64,000 nt of DNA from Perkinsus chesapeaki ATCC PRA-425 (taxonomy: Eukaryota > Protista > Perkinsozoa): assembly GCA_013115145.1 (NCBI GenBank), contig JAAPAO010000006.1, positions 1 through 64,000 of the forward strand, written 5' to 3'. Both the position numbers and the translations under genes were made by a program. Shown here piece after piece: positions 38,191 to 48,785 of this stretch (the stretch's first letter is position 1; every line of letters begins with the position of its first letter). The notes under the pieces were generated by a model, which did not search any database, was not told the origin of the DNA, and saw nothing but the letters and a program-made list of their open reading frames with translations.

Positions 38191-41100
38191 CGTAAGAAAA
38201 TGCATTCTTCTCAGTTGTACTTAGTTGTGCCATGTTGCAGCTGCGTGCAAAGATTTCCACTTTGGTCAACTCTGGTAACAAGAATATTGAAGAGGATCTT
38301 AGAAAGCTTTTCGCTACCAGCAGCACCTCTAGTGTACGTCGTCGAATGTGACAAAATTCATGATGATCTGATTGACATATTACGTAGTTTCCGGTAGAGT
38401 TTATTATCAGTTTCAGTAGCCTATATTGCTTGTCGTGTTTGAGAACCATCACATATACTCGGAGGTATCATGGTCGTGACATCGCCTGTGAGAAGGAGAG
38501 TCCACGTCGAGGAGAGGAAAGTGCCTCCTCCAACGGATACCCGAATACCTGTTCAAGTTCCTGAAGTGGTTAATGTAGATATGGAGGGAACTCATATGGC
38601 GACAAGTAAGATTGTCAGGGGAGTATATAAACCGCATTAGGCATCGCAGTTTCTGCTACCGACACGGCTGAGATCGTTCTATCTAAGGGCTTCCAAGCCT
38701 TAGCGGATATCATAACAGAGCAGCACTCTGAACTAGTTAAATGTGGTCTACTATCGGGTGGTGACGCATTCTCACTGAGAGCCTATAAAGGTGATATCGG
38801 TCATAACCACTAAATATCCATGGAAGGTTTCTATATCAGATAGAATAGAGGATATAAGTCCTTCTGCAGCGAAGGCGTGTATCGAAACAGCAGTAAAACA
38901 GTTATCGGAAGTAATTTGTGGAATACATATTTTCCCTACGAGTGAGATTGGTTATAGATACAACCGTTGCTGAGAGAGTATTGCATGCTGGTAAGAGCAA
39001 ATCCTGCGTACCTGGGGGCAAGTAGTAGTGTTCCGACAAATTGTTAACAGAAAAACTGTTATTCTCAGGGGATGTCGTGCCAAGCAGATTCAGTGGTGAG
39101 AAACACCAAGTAATATTGACTCGGGGGGATGCTGTGTGAGACATGTCTGTCACAAACTGGAAGGTTAATGATGGAAAGGAAGAGCAGGATAATATCGCTC
39201 ACAACACTCAATCGGCCACAGAATGGATCCCAGTGCTGGGCATGCATCCTTTAACAGTATAGTTGAACGTTCATCAGTACAACACTACATCCTCCGATAG
39301 GCACACTCGCTGCACAGCCTCCTTATCTCGATGGCAACAGATCCACTCTCACTAAGACAGTACATTAAACAACTCATCTGCATTGTAAGGCCCTACTCCG
39401 ATCAGTGCGGTATATGTCTTGATAGGACCGACAAGCACAGCTTGGAGAGCATCCTGACCCATCAACATCAACTACTATCGTTCTCCGATGTGATGGCCAG
39501 TTACTAGTGAAGCCAACTATCGAGTATATCGCATATGCAACGTAAGGCCTAATTTGCAGAAAGGCAGAAGGTGAGGCTGAGATAGATACCAAGCCCTCAG
39601 CCCGTCAACATGTGTTAACATGCCATGCCGAATTCAGTCCCAGTCTGCAGCACTAAATAAGCTAGTCACTTATTGGCCAATGGTATACATTGATACACTT
39701 AACATCGAAGAGGTTTAATTTTAAAGGCCGAGCAACCAATGAGAACCCTCTCACAAGCCATACACATTGCCATACAGCAGCATAGGAAGGTCGTAGTCAT
39801 AACGCGAGACATGGTTCTAGATGCTAAGGATCCTCCAATAATCATACAAGATAATAACGCAGAAATAACTCTCGTTGGGAAGTCTTCCAAGTAGTATTTG
39901 TAATTCGGGTAAACCCCCTAATCAGATTGGCAAATTCCTTTAATAGATTTAACCAGCCCACCGATACTTTAGAATCCCTCCTACATGAGCATGACACCAC
40001 CAATACCGGTATAGCCATTACCCTTACCCGATCGCCCCAAAACCATTTACCAGATGGACCGAGCGAATCGGCTGTCGTGATCCGCCACGCAGGAGGGAAA
40101 CAGGTCTTTGTTATAAAAGGCCGAAATATTGCAGTAGCTCTATCACCGGTTGAGCCACAGCAGTAGTGCTCAGGTGAAGCTTGTGAATCTTGATATACGT
40201 TCTCGAAAGGGCTTAACTTCGCATGAAGACGAAGACGGAAAACCTCTGAGGAGGAGGTCGTTGACAGGTCCCGACGAAATGAGGGGTACGCATACTGGTA
40301 GATAGGTTGAATTACAAAGACAGGCGTAGATAAAGTATTCAGTGGAGTTGAATCGGCGATAGTTTCTGGCGGGTCCCATAGTGCAATAGAGATTGGAAAC
40401 AGTAGCATATGTGACATACATAACTGTAAAAGTCTCTCCAGTGCATATGAAAGTATGAGTGTAGTTCAGGTTGCATTTCCTGTTTCACGGGTCATGGTAT
40501 CTCGGCGTCCCATGTGAGCCGGCTGAAAATTGGCAAGTCGATCGTTCAAAACTGCTCTATGGTGGCAATAAGAGCTGAACACGACGCTGGTGATTCCTAA
40601 CCATCTCTACTCGATATCGCATCGATTCTTCAGCGGTATATATCTCATCAACTACCATCCAACAATGCGGTGAAGGTATGTTTGGATTAGTTAAAGCGAC
40701 GATCGAAGTTCAAAATACAGTGCTGCGGCACTTAGCAGGTAGATACTTCCCTACTGTTGGGCTTTCCATTGAACACTGCAGGTCCGGCGTTATCCGTGAT
40801 GGGCGCGGCTGTCGCTCGCGGTGAATGTATTAACGCGAGTGACTGTTGCGAAGAAACTAATGGCATCGGGGCAGCAGTAAGGATGGAATACACATGAGTA
40901 TGGTTATACTCGTTGACAGCGCCCTTTCCCTAGATAATGGCACGAGAGGCATCAAAGCTTGTGCTAACTTCAGTGGAAGTGTTGTCTAACCGAGCCTCTG
41001 GAATCCATGTGGTTGACCACGTATGACGCAGTTAGTCATATTACGGAGTGGTTATCACTGCTAGATAGGCCCGGTGTAGAATACGGCATAGCCGTATTGA

Positions 41101-41460
41101 GAGCAATGCCAAATCTGGCATAGTTGTGAGTGGCTCAGTATCTGACGGCTCAGAAGGTTCGCGAGATGCGAAATCGAAATGGTAAAAGGTCATTATCAGG
41201 TATCAACGGCAATGAGGAACGAAGTATGCTGCTGGATACAATTGTAGAAAACCCTCGTTGTCGCCAAGTGGAAAGGACACTTTTCAGATTCACCAGAACG
41301 GCTCGTGTGGGATAGAACTCTTGCATTGCATCGAGGTCGATATTGCTAGATGCAGTGTAAAGGGACTTCACAAGATAAAAGTGGTTGCACTACTTTCCTC
41401 CTAGGTATCCGGTCATGGCAGACGAAACGTAGTCTCACATGATCCATCATCACGTCTCGT
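38186..41460 (-). CDS. Hypothetical large multi-exon protein(s)
   Basis: Series of minus-strand exon-like ORFs (e.g. 39842-40417); no domain recognised. Confidence 0.35.
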
Positions 41461-42098
41461 GAACATGGATACTCGTGATGCAGTAGCACTTAGTATTTCA
41501 ATAACTAACAAAATTGCACCAATTAGGCACAGAACAAGCCGTATCAGCATCTTGCTACGTACGATCACTCTCATCAAGGAAGGGCATCGATAGATTCGTC
41601 AGTGAAGTTTAATACCACCCCTGAAGGGTAATCTTCACGATATTGTTCTCCATAACATTCGTCGCGCTGATATTCTCCCAGGCCTACAGGACATCCTCAG
41701 GTTTCCCGGAGAGACTCTAAAAGTATCTCCAGTCGCCTATTCGGTAAGAATTGGCTGTCTTGTACTCGATATTGTCGGTGTCACTTTAGGCGTATTCAAA
41801 AAGAAAACATAGCTCTAGTTAACGTGCACGTGACATCGATGTTGCACTATGTAAATTATATAATGATGTTGAGGCATTTAGAGTTTTGTTTTACATCAAT
41901 CAGGACGATTCTCTTCTCAAAGTTATTACTCTCGTATGATCAATACTAATCTAAATAAGCTCCTCAGCAACTTCTTCACTCAAAACACGACTATTCCTGT
42001 AGAATCCATCAACCCGTTGGAGACAGTTTTTGTGTACGTTTCTTAGCTACCGACATTGATCTACCGTTCTGACGTCGATCACTGCCCCGTACACTACA

Positions 42099-43721
42099 AT
42101 GAGAATCGAATCTCTCCTCATCGTCGCAGCCAGCTTCCTTGGACTGACTAGTGCCCAGCTAGCAGGAGATAATGGTATGTTTGGCTCTCCTGTGACGTTA
42201 GTATCTTCGAGAGATGTTGAATCTGTCTTGAAGGAGGACTCTTCTGACTCATTATCGGTCCCCGACTGGTTTGATTCCACCGTAGCTAAGATCAAGTCAT
42301 GGGCTGATTCCGAGCTTAAGAAGATTGCTTGGGATTTGGTGGATGACCTTGGACATGACATTAAAGGAGAGGATATGTATTGGAACTTCGTCCCGAGGCA
42401 CGTAGCTACATTAAGTCACTCCTCGGAGCAGAGACAAGAATTCGAAGGCCGTTGCTTCAAGTCGGTTAAGATTCACTCGTACCCCGAAGAGGATGGTTCG
42501 CTCACTATAGAGGCCACCTACAAGCATCCTACATCTCCCATGTGTGCCGAGTATCTCATACTTGGTAACTCGGCGGACTTTGATATGCAATATCGCTTCT
42601 TTCACGGCACCGAAACCTACAAGTGGACGTCGGGGTCGGGTAAGGTGTACATCTTCGATCTCCGCACCTCTTTCTCTTCCGCCGTTGAAGGCATAATCAA
42701 GACCGCTGACTTCATGTTCAGCCATGACGTGTTCGAGTTCTTGAAGCGTTTCCCTGAGCTTACTTTCGACAAGAGAGCTGACCCGGGTATTCCGGACATC
42801 AAGGAGGATGATATCCATCCTGGCGATGCTGTACTTGTTACCTACATGGTCGGTAGCAGTGCATCTATCATGTGGGTCAGTGGTTCGGTTGCCAGCCACA
42901 GTGTTATATTCCTCCGTGACCCCGGAACTGGCATACTGCACGCCGTCGAGGCCAGTGCTCAAGGTATTCATAAGATGACCTTCGAAGAGTTTCTGAAAGA
43001 AGACGCTGGCTGGTACAATAACGCCGTTCTGGTTCCCCTCAAGGAAGAACAACGTGCCAAGTTCGATAACGATGCGGCTTGGAAAAAGTTCGTTACTGAC
43101 TTTGAGGGCAACGATTATGGTTACAACAACTTGGTATTCTCTGCTATTGATAGCATGGATGGGAACTATCCGTGCCTTCCCATGGACGACTATCAAACTT
43201 GCCTCAGCTGGGAGTTCGTTGAAGTTCTATGCGGCCTCCTCGATAGAGTGTCTCCTGAGATGGCCAACTTACTGTTCCTTCAGGGTTATAACCACAGAAT
43301 TGGCACAACCGGGTTAAATATGACTGAGATTGTTAAGGTCACTGAGCTTATGTATCCTGGCCTCTCTGGAGTCCTACCTGCCCTCCCCGAAGAGGATCAA
43401 TGGGAGTATCCTATCCACCATGACGGCAAACCAACCACGGGTCCTTCCCGTGTCTGCAGTGCGTTGGTATGTGAAATGCTCCGTGCTGGTGGTATCTTTG
43501 GTGACCATGAAGTTTCTTGCACAGAGTTCACTCCTTGGGATATCTACAGTATGGATATCTTCACTACACCGACTTATCAACTTAAGGGTGATTATGCAAT
43601 TGACCTTTCTAAGCCGGAGCCTCTTCACCTAGGTCAGAAGTCCATTACTGACCATATGGCCGAGTCGTGCAGGACCCAGATCACCGCAGACTCTTATTAC
43701 GAAAGAGCTCCTCACTGCTAG
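42099..43721 (+). CDS. Secreted permuted papain-like (NlpC/P60 superfamily) protein, paralog 1, intronless, 540 aa
   Basis: Signal peptide MRIESLLIVAASFLGLTSA; IHPGDAVLV...SHSVIFLRD (His), FEGNDYGYNN, SRVCSALVCEMLRAGG (Cys), TEFTPWDI give the His-before-Cys permuted order. Confidence 0.85.
   Translation: MRIESLLIVAASFLGLTSAQLAGDNGMFGSPVTLVSSRDVESVLKEDSSDSLSVPDWFDSTVAKIKSWADSELKKIAWDLVDDLGHDIKGEDMYWNFVPRHVATLSHSSEQRQEFEGRCFKSVKIHSYPEEDGSLTIEATYKHPTSPMCAEYLILGNSADFDMQYRFFHGTETYKWTSGSGKVYIFDLRTSFSSAVEGIIKTADFMFSHDVFEFLKRFPELTFDKRADPGIPDIKEDDIHPGDAVLVTYMVGSSASIMWVSGSVASHSVIFLRDPGTGILHAVEASAQGIHKMTFEEFLKEDAGWYNNAVLVPLKEEQRAKFDNDAAWKKFVTDFEGNDYGYNNLVFSAIDSMDGNYPCLPMDDYQTCLSWEFVEVLCGLLDRVSPEMANLLFLQGYNHRIGTTGLNMTEIVKVTELMYPGLSGVLPALPEEDQWEYPIHHDGKPTTGPSRVCSALVCEMLRAGGIFGDHEVSCTEFTPWDIYSMDIFTTPTYQLKGDYAIDLSKPEPLHLGQKSITDHMAESCRTQITADSYYERAPHC
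43005..43122 (+). repeat. 118-bp tract matching 45437-45554 with 2 mismatches
   Basis: GCTGGCTGGTACAATAAC...GATTATGGTT; the differences are CAA/GAA and TTT/TTC. Confidence 0.9.
43440..43664 (+). repeat. 225-bp tract identical to 45872-46096
   Basis: Base-by-base comparison from GGTCCTTCCCGTGTCTGC to CATATGGCCGAG. Confidence 0.9.
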
Positions 43722-44449
43722 TCTCCTATGATTTGTCTATTCCTGGTACTTTGGTCACAATTTATTTAGTCATATCATTGATGTGTCCACCTTGGCCACC
43801 GTGTGGTATTTTGGCACCGCTCTTTACATGCTTCGCAGCTTAGTTTGCATTTAATACATCGTGGAGCTATGTGGATAAAACCACGTTCAGTGATACCCAA
43901 CGATTGACTTAAGTGTTTACTCCTCTGTGCCCTTGTTCGTGTTCCAGTTTCACACGGGTCTCATTCAAGTTGAAATGCGAAGAGGTAATAGCATTCAGTA
44001 AAATATGTGATACAGCTTCGTAGCAGGGTGAATGCACTCTTCAAAGGCACTAAGCGGAGTTTCCATGGCAACTGTATTAGCTCGCTCCTAGGATGGTTTG
44101 GCGCGGAATAGGACCCGAGGACATCGCCCGTAGGGCGACACTAATTTCGTAGGGCGGGTTACACCAACAAATCCGATACTGGAAGTGTGAGAGGTCCTCT
44201 GGCAAACTTCGGTAATAAAACTGCTGACAGTGCCAGTCACTTGTGGGAAGAGATGTATTCTCTGGCGGCCGCTACCCACCACCCAAAAGCGTCGCATCCG
44301 CGCGCTATGTACATGCGTGCAAGAATTTCAGCCATAATAGAAAGGCCTATCGAGAAGGATTTAGGCTTCTGCGAGTGGGGCTGGTTGGGGATGTTCCCTT
44401 TTTAGTTTCCTTCTCTCATATTTCGAACATCGTTCCTCTGTAACTTACT

Positions 44450-46153
44450 ATGAAGGTTCCTGCACTTGCTATTGCTGCTACCGCAGTCGGTTTCTTCCAG
44501 CCGGCTGTGGCGCGTTTATTAGGCGACAACACCGATCCCGCCAATTCCGCTATATTCACTTCTAAAAGCCTCGAGGAGGCTCTATCTAAGCCTCGACCTT
44601 CCCCCCAGGTCGTTCTTGCTTCTATGGGCTCGGGCTATGCCAGCCCTGAAGCCGCCCAGCCCGAGCTGGCCATGGGGTCCAGCGGCTCTGCCGTCACTGA
44701 TTGGCTTGCCGAGTTCATCGAATCCATCAAGTCATGGGCTGGTTCCGAGCTGATGAGTGCTGCCTCTAAGATCGTTGATACTCTCGGGGATAAAGTCGAA
44801 GGTGCTGATATGTACTTCAACTTCATTCCGAGACATGTTGCTACCTTGGAGCATGATGGCCAGTGGCACAACTATAAGGGCCGCTGTTTCGAGAACATTA
44901 AGGTGCGCTCGACTCGTCAAAGTGACGGCAGCTTCTTACTTGAGGCCGACTATCGGGACGCCAAATCATGGACATGCGCTGAGTACGTTCTTTACGGTAA
45001 CTCGGCCGACTTTCACATGCAATATAAGTTTGTCCGCGGTACGGAAACCTACAAATGGAAGGCTGACAGCGGCAAGGTGTACGTATTTGATCTTAGCACC
45101 TCGCTTGCTAACGCTGCCAAGGGCATCGTAAAGACCGCCGACTTCCTCCTCGGTCGTGATGTCTTTGAGTTCCTCGAGCACTTCAATCGTCTGACCTTCC
45201 CGAAGCGTGCCAGTCCTGGTACTTCTGAGATCTCGAAAGAAAATGTTCATCCCGGTGATGCCGTTCTTGTCACCAACCTCCAGGGTCAGAGTGCTGCTAT
45301 CATGTGGGGATCTGGATCTGCGTCCAGTCATTCTCTTATCTTCCTCCGCGAGCCCGAGACTCAGGAGCTTTATGCTGTTGAGAGCTGGGCGGGTGGCGTT
45401 CGAAGATTGACCTTCGAAGAGTTCCTCAAGGATGATGCTGGCTGGTACAATAACGCCGTTCTGGTTCCCCTCAAGGAAGAAGAACGTGCCAAGTTCGATA
45501 ACGATGCGGCTTGGAAAAAGTTCGTTACTGACTTCGAGGGCAACGATTATGGTTTTGGCAACTTCCTGTTCGGCTGGTTAGATACTCTCGACGGAAACTT
45601 CCCATGCTTGCCCATGGACGGTTATCAGACTTGTCTCACTTGGGAGTTCGCTGAGCTTCTCTTCGGCCTCGTTGAGCGAGTCAAGCCTGACATGGCACAG
45701 TTACTCTTCTTAGAAGCTTTCAACCATCGTTTGGACACAGCTAATCTCGGTTTATCCGACATTGTTAAGGTCGCTGATTCTAAGTTGGAGGGAGGTGCCG
45801 GTATGATTCTCGCCATACCGGAGAATGACGAGTGGACTTACCACTTCAACCGTAATGGAAAGCCTACTGTTGGTCCTTCCCGTGTCTGCAGTGCGTTGGT
45901 ATGTGAAATGCTCCGTGCTGGTGGTATCTTTGGTGACCATGAAGTTTCTTGCACAGAGTTCACTCCTTGGGATATCTACAGTATGGATATCTTCACTACA
46001 CCGACTTATCAACTTAAGGGTGATTATGCAATTGACCTTTCTAAGCCGGAGCCTCTTCACCTAGGTCAGAAGTCCATTACTGACCATATGGCCGAGACGT
46101 GCAGGACTGAGATCACTGCTGATTCTTATTATAATAGAGCCCCTCATTGTTAA
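44450..46153 (+). CDS. Secreted permuted papain-like (NlpC/P60 superfamily) protein, paralog 2, intronless, 567 aa
   Basis: Signal peptide MKVPALAIAATAVGFFQPAVA; VHPGDAVLV...SHSLIFLRE, FEGNDYGFGN, SRVCSALVCEMLRAGG; collinear with paralog 1. Confidence 0.85.
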   Translation: MKVPALAIAATAVGFFQPAVARLLGDNTDPANSAIFTSKSLEEALSKPRPSPQVVLASMGSGYASPEAAQPELAMGSSGSAVTDWLAEFIESIKSWAGSELMSAASKIVDTLGDKVEGADMYFNFIPRHVATLEHDGQWHNYKGRCFENIKVRSTRQSDGSFLLEADYRDAKSWTCAEYVLYGNSADFHMQYKFVRGTETYKWKADSGKVYVFDLSTSLANAAKGIVKTADFLLGRDVFEFLEHFNRLTFPKRASPGTSEISKENVHPGDAVLVTNLQGQSAAIMWGSGSASSHSLIFLREPETQELYAVESWAGGVRRLTFEEFLKDDAGWYNNAVLVPLKEEERAKFDNDAAWKKFVTDFEGNDYGFGNFLFGWLDTLDGNFPCLPMDGYQTCLTWEFAELLFGLVERVKPDMAQLLFLEAFNHRLDTANLGLSDIVKVADSKLEGGAGMILAIPENDEWTYHFNRNGKPTVGPSRVCSALVCEMLRAGGIFGDHEVSCTEFTPWDIYSMDIFTTPTYQLKGDYAIDLSKPEPLHLGQKSITDHMAETCRTEITADSYYNRAPHC

Positions 46154-46309
46154 TATAGCTAATCCATTATAAGTATAGTACCAACGGTGCTATTCAGTTC
46201 CTAGTTGTCAACCTATGGACTAGGTCCATCACATCGTATGTGTAGTAATCTTCTTATCTACCTTATCCGTGCTACTCAAGTAGTAGTTCCTTGTCTCCTC
46301 ATCTTATAG

Positions 46310-47560
46310 TTATCGGTTCCTCATCATCTTACTGTTCCATAGCCTTGAGGTATCGTATTTTAGCTTTGAGCTGATGCTTATATCAGGCACTGTGTGATGG
46401 TGCCGTGGTGGATCTGGAGTTGAGTTTAGTCCACAGAATACTATGTTCATGGTTGCCACTAGGGAGCTGCTAGATGGAGCGTCAGTGCCGTTGAGTCCGC
46501 GGACCAGGTCGGGACGCTCACTCTCTTGGAAGCGTTCACTGTTAACCTGTTTCAACACACATGAGAAAGTAACACTTTAAACGCAACACAGCTAGCCAAA
46601 GACAACAAACAAATTATACGTCCTCGCCAACTTGTTCTATATTGGACTGGCTGCGTTTCGGTGATGACACCGCTCTGATCAGCACAACAGAGATACCTCC
46701 ATGCGATGGAAGATGACATCTTACTTCCAAGTGTTGCTACAACCTGCATTACTGAGAGTAGACAACGTAAACCAGACCACTCCTAAGAACGGAGGCTACG
46801 ATTGACGGACACTATATCGTGTAGATCACCTAGTAGAATCCCTAGGCCACATCCTATCGTAACTTGCCAAGGGGAATGGTCGTTAAGCTTCACTCTACTC
46901 CATGGTATAGGGACAAATATAAGCAATATGAATGAGATGTATTTCAACGCGAGCCGCGCCTAAACGAAGTCATGGCAAGTCTGGGAACTTGTTCTTCAAG
47001 CAGTTACTTCTCTAGGTAAAACAATATTGTGAATATCCAAGGACCTCAAATTGGAAGCCAGAGTAAGGAGTTCCCTCCCACCATAATGTAGCAGAAGCAG
47101 CATCATGATGGACATGGACATCAAAGCATGTCCCGATGGCATTCCACACCTAGCAAACTCGCGAACTTCGAGTGTAACATCACATAGATGGTCACGTTAT
47201 GTGGCACGATCCTCTAGGCCGCTCCATCTCTGCAATTTTCTTTGCAATAGTCTGTACTGCCCATGAGGTAAAGAAGAGAACGACAAGCTGAGGGAAATGC
47301 TGCTAGACGTCACCCGACAGCATCAGCGCCTTACTTCGAACCACAGCTTACTACGCTTCAAGAATGTTGCGCATACTGCAAATAAAATGAAGACGAACAG
47401 AACGCTCGAGTAGACTGAGGAATGGGAAGGAGAAGTACATCTGACTCCCAGTGAGTCACTGGCAGTGACTACACGCTGCAAGGTAGTCCCCCAATACTGG
47501 ACTTTTCGGCCACGTGAAGGATGAGAAGGGAAGTGCAACTACTCTGCCATATGGACAGCT
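46310..47560 (-). CDS. Hypothetical multi-exon membrane-associated protein
   Basis: Exon-like minus-strand frames with hydrophobic segments; weak support. Confidence 0.3.
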
Positions 47561-47783
47561 ATCTGGACCTAAGTTAACTTTTACAAAACAACACTTACCG
47601 TACAGTCACTTACCGAGGACTATTGCCCAATCCGGTACACATGGTCCTGAGGTTATATTTGATGAAATGCCCCACACGATGACCAATTAGCAATAAATGA
47701 ACGCATCAACTAAATACGAGTAATATGTCGTCGCCTATATGGAGGACTCCCTTTCCTGTTGTAACAACGCGAGTCATGAGACG

Positions 47784-48441
47784 CTAAGGTCGCTGAGAAA
47801 TGTCTAAAACCTTCCCCTTGTGCTCGTGGTACTGGTATTTCTGTACGCTTAGTTCTACTGTAACACCATCAGAGCGTTTGATAGATATAAGGCCACCACA
47901 ACATCTTAGTATTTCTTCGGCTGAGTCTCGTCCTTTGAGGCACGTAAGGAACGCCATTCCAGGTAGCTTATGGGAGCCCGGGTTCCCGCGGGGTGGGGCT
48001 GGCCACATTATGACATCCTGGGGATCAACCATTATGGCTTGCTGTAAGGCGTGCATATCTCCTTTGAGCCTGTCCAACCTCCTTATAACTAGTATTGAAT
48101 CTGGGGGAGATACAGTCTCCACCAATCGGCTGAGTTCCCTCAAATTTAATTGCGGGCTCGGTGGTGTTCGACTAACTATAACCGCTCGTTGAATATGTCG
48201 ACGAAGCCTGTCATCTGACGATACTAGTTTTTGTAGTGTTCGTGGAGAGACACGCGATACGATTGACGAGTTGCTTAGCACCTAACAATAACCCTGACGC
48301 CACCTCTGAGGCGAACCCTACTACCTCCAGTAATATAGACACACAACCTTCTCTGCATTGAACATTATCACACGTCGATAAGAAATCGGCGGCTTTGTTG
48401 ATGCAGTCATCTACAGTCGACGATGATGGTACTGAAGCCAT
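47784..48441 (-). CDS. Hypothetical protein, possible degenerate RRM-like C-terminus
   Basis: MASVPSSSTVDD... spliced to ORF 47784-48281 containing ILVIRRLD...GMAFLTC. Confidence 0.4.
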
Positions 48442-48785
48442 AACCTCATGAAGATAGATTACTGCACAAGTCGAACATCCCAGAAACCCACCGACCAACA
48501 CAAAACTGCACATTCAGGAAGAAGGTAATGCGGATACCCGCGAGTCGACGTAATCGTGGCTGTGAAACACTTCAGCAAAAGTACAGTAAGGAGTGATTCG
48601 ACTAAGACAGGAAGGGGAACCTACACCGTGACAAGATGAGGAGGAAGTCGGAGGAAAGCTACAAATCTGATTCAAATTGTACAGCAGGGTAGCAGTGACG
48701 ATTCTGATAATTGTGAGTATCGATTATAAGTATCTATGATCACAGCGAGTAACTTCATCTCGATGTTAGCAGGATTGTTGGGTCT

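Noticed and set aside
42411-43196. 261-aa antisense ORF over amidase paralog 1 (and shorter ones over paralog 2)
   Set aside because: Shadow ORF arising from the codon bias of the sense gene; no recognisable motifs.
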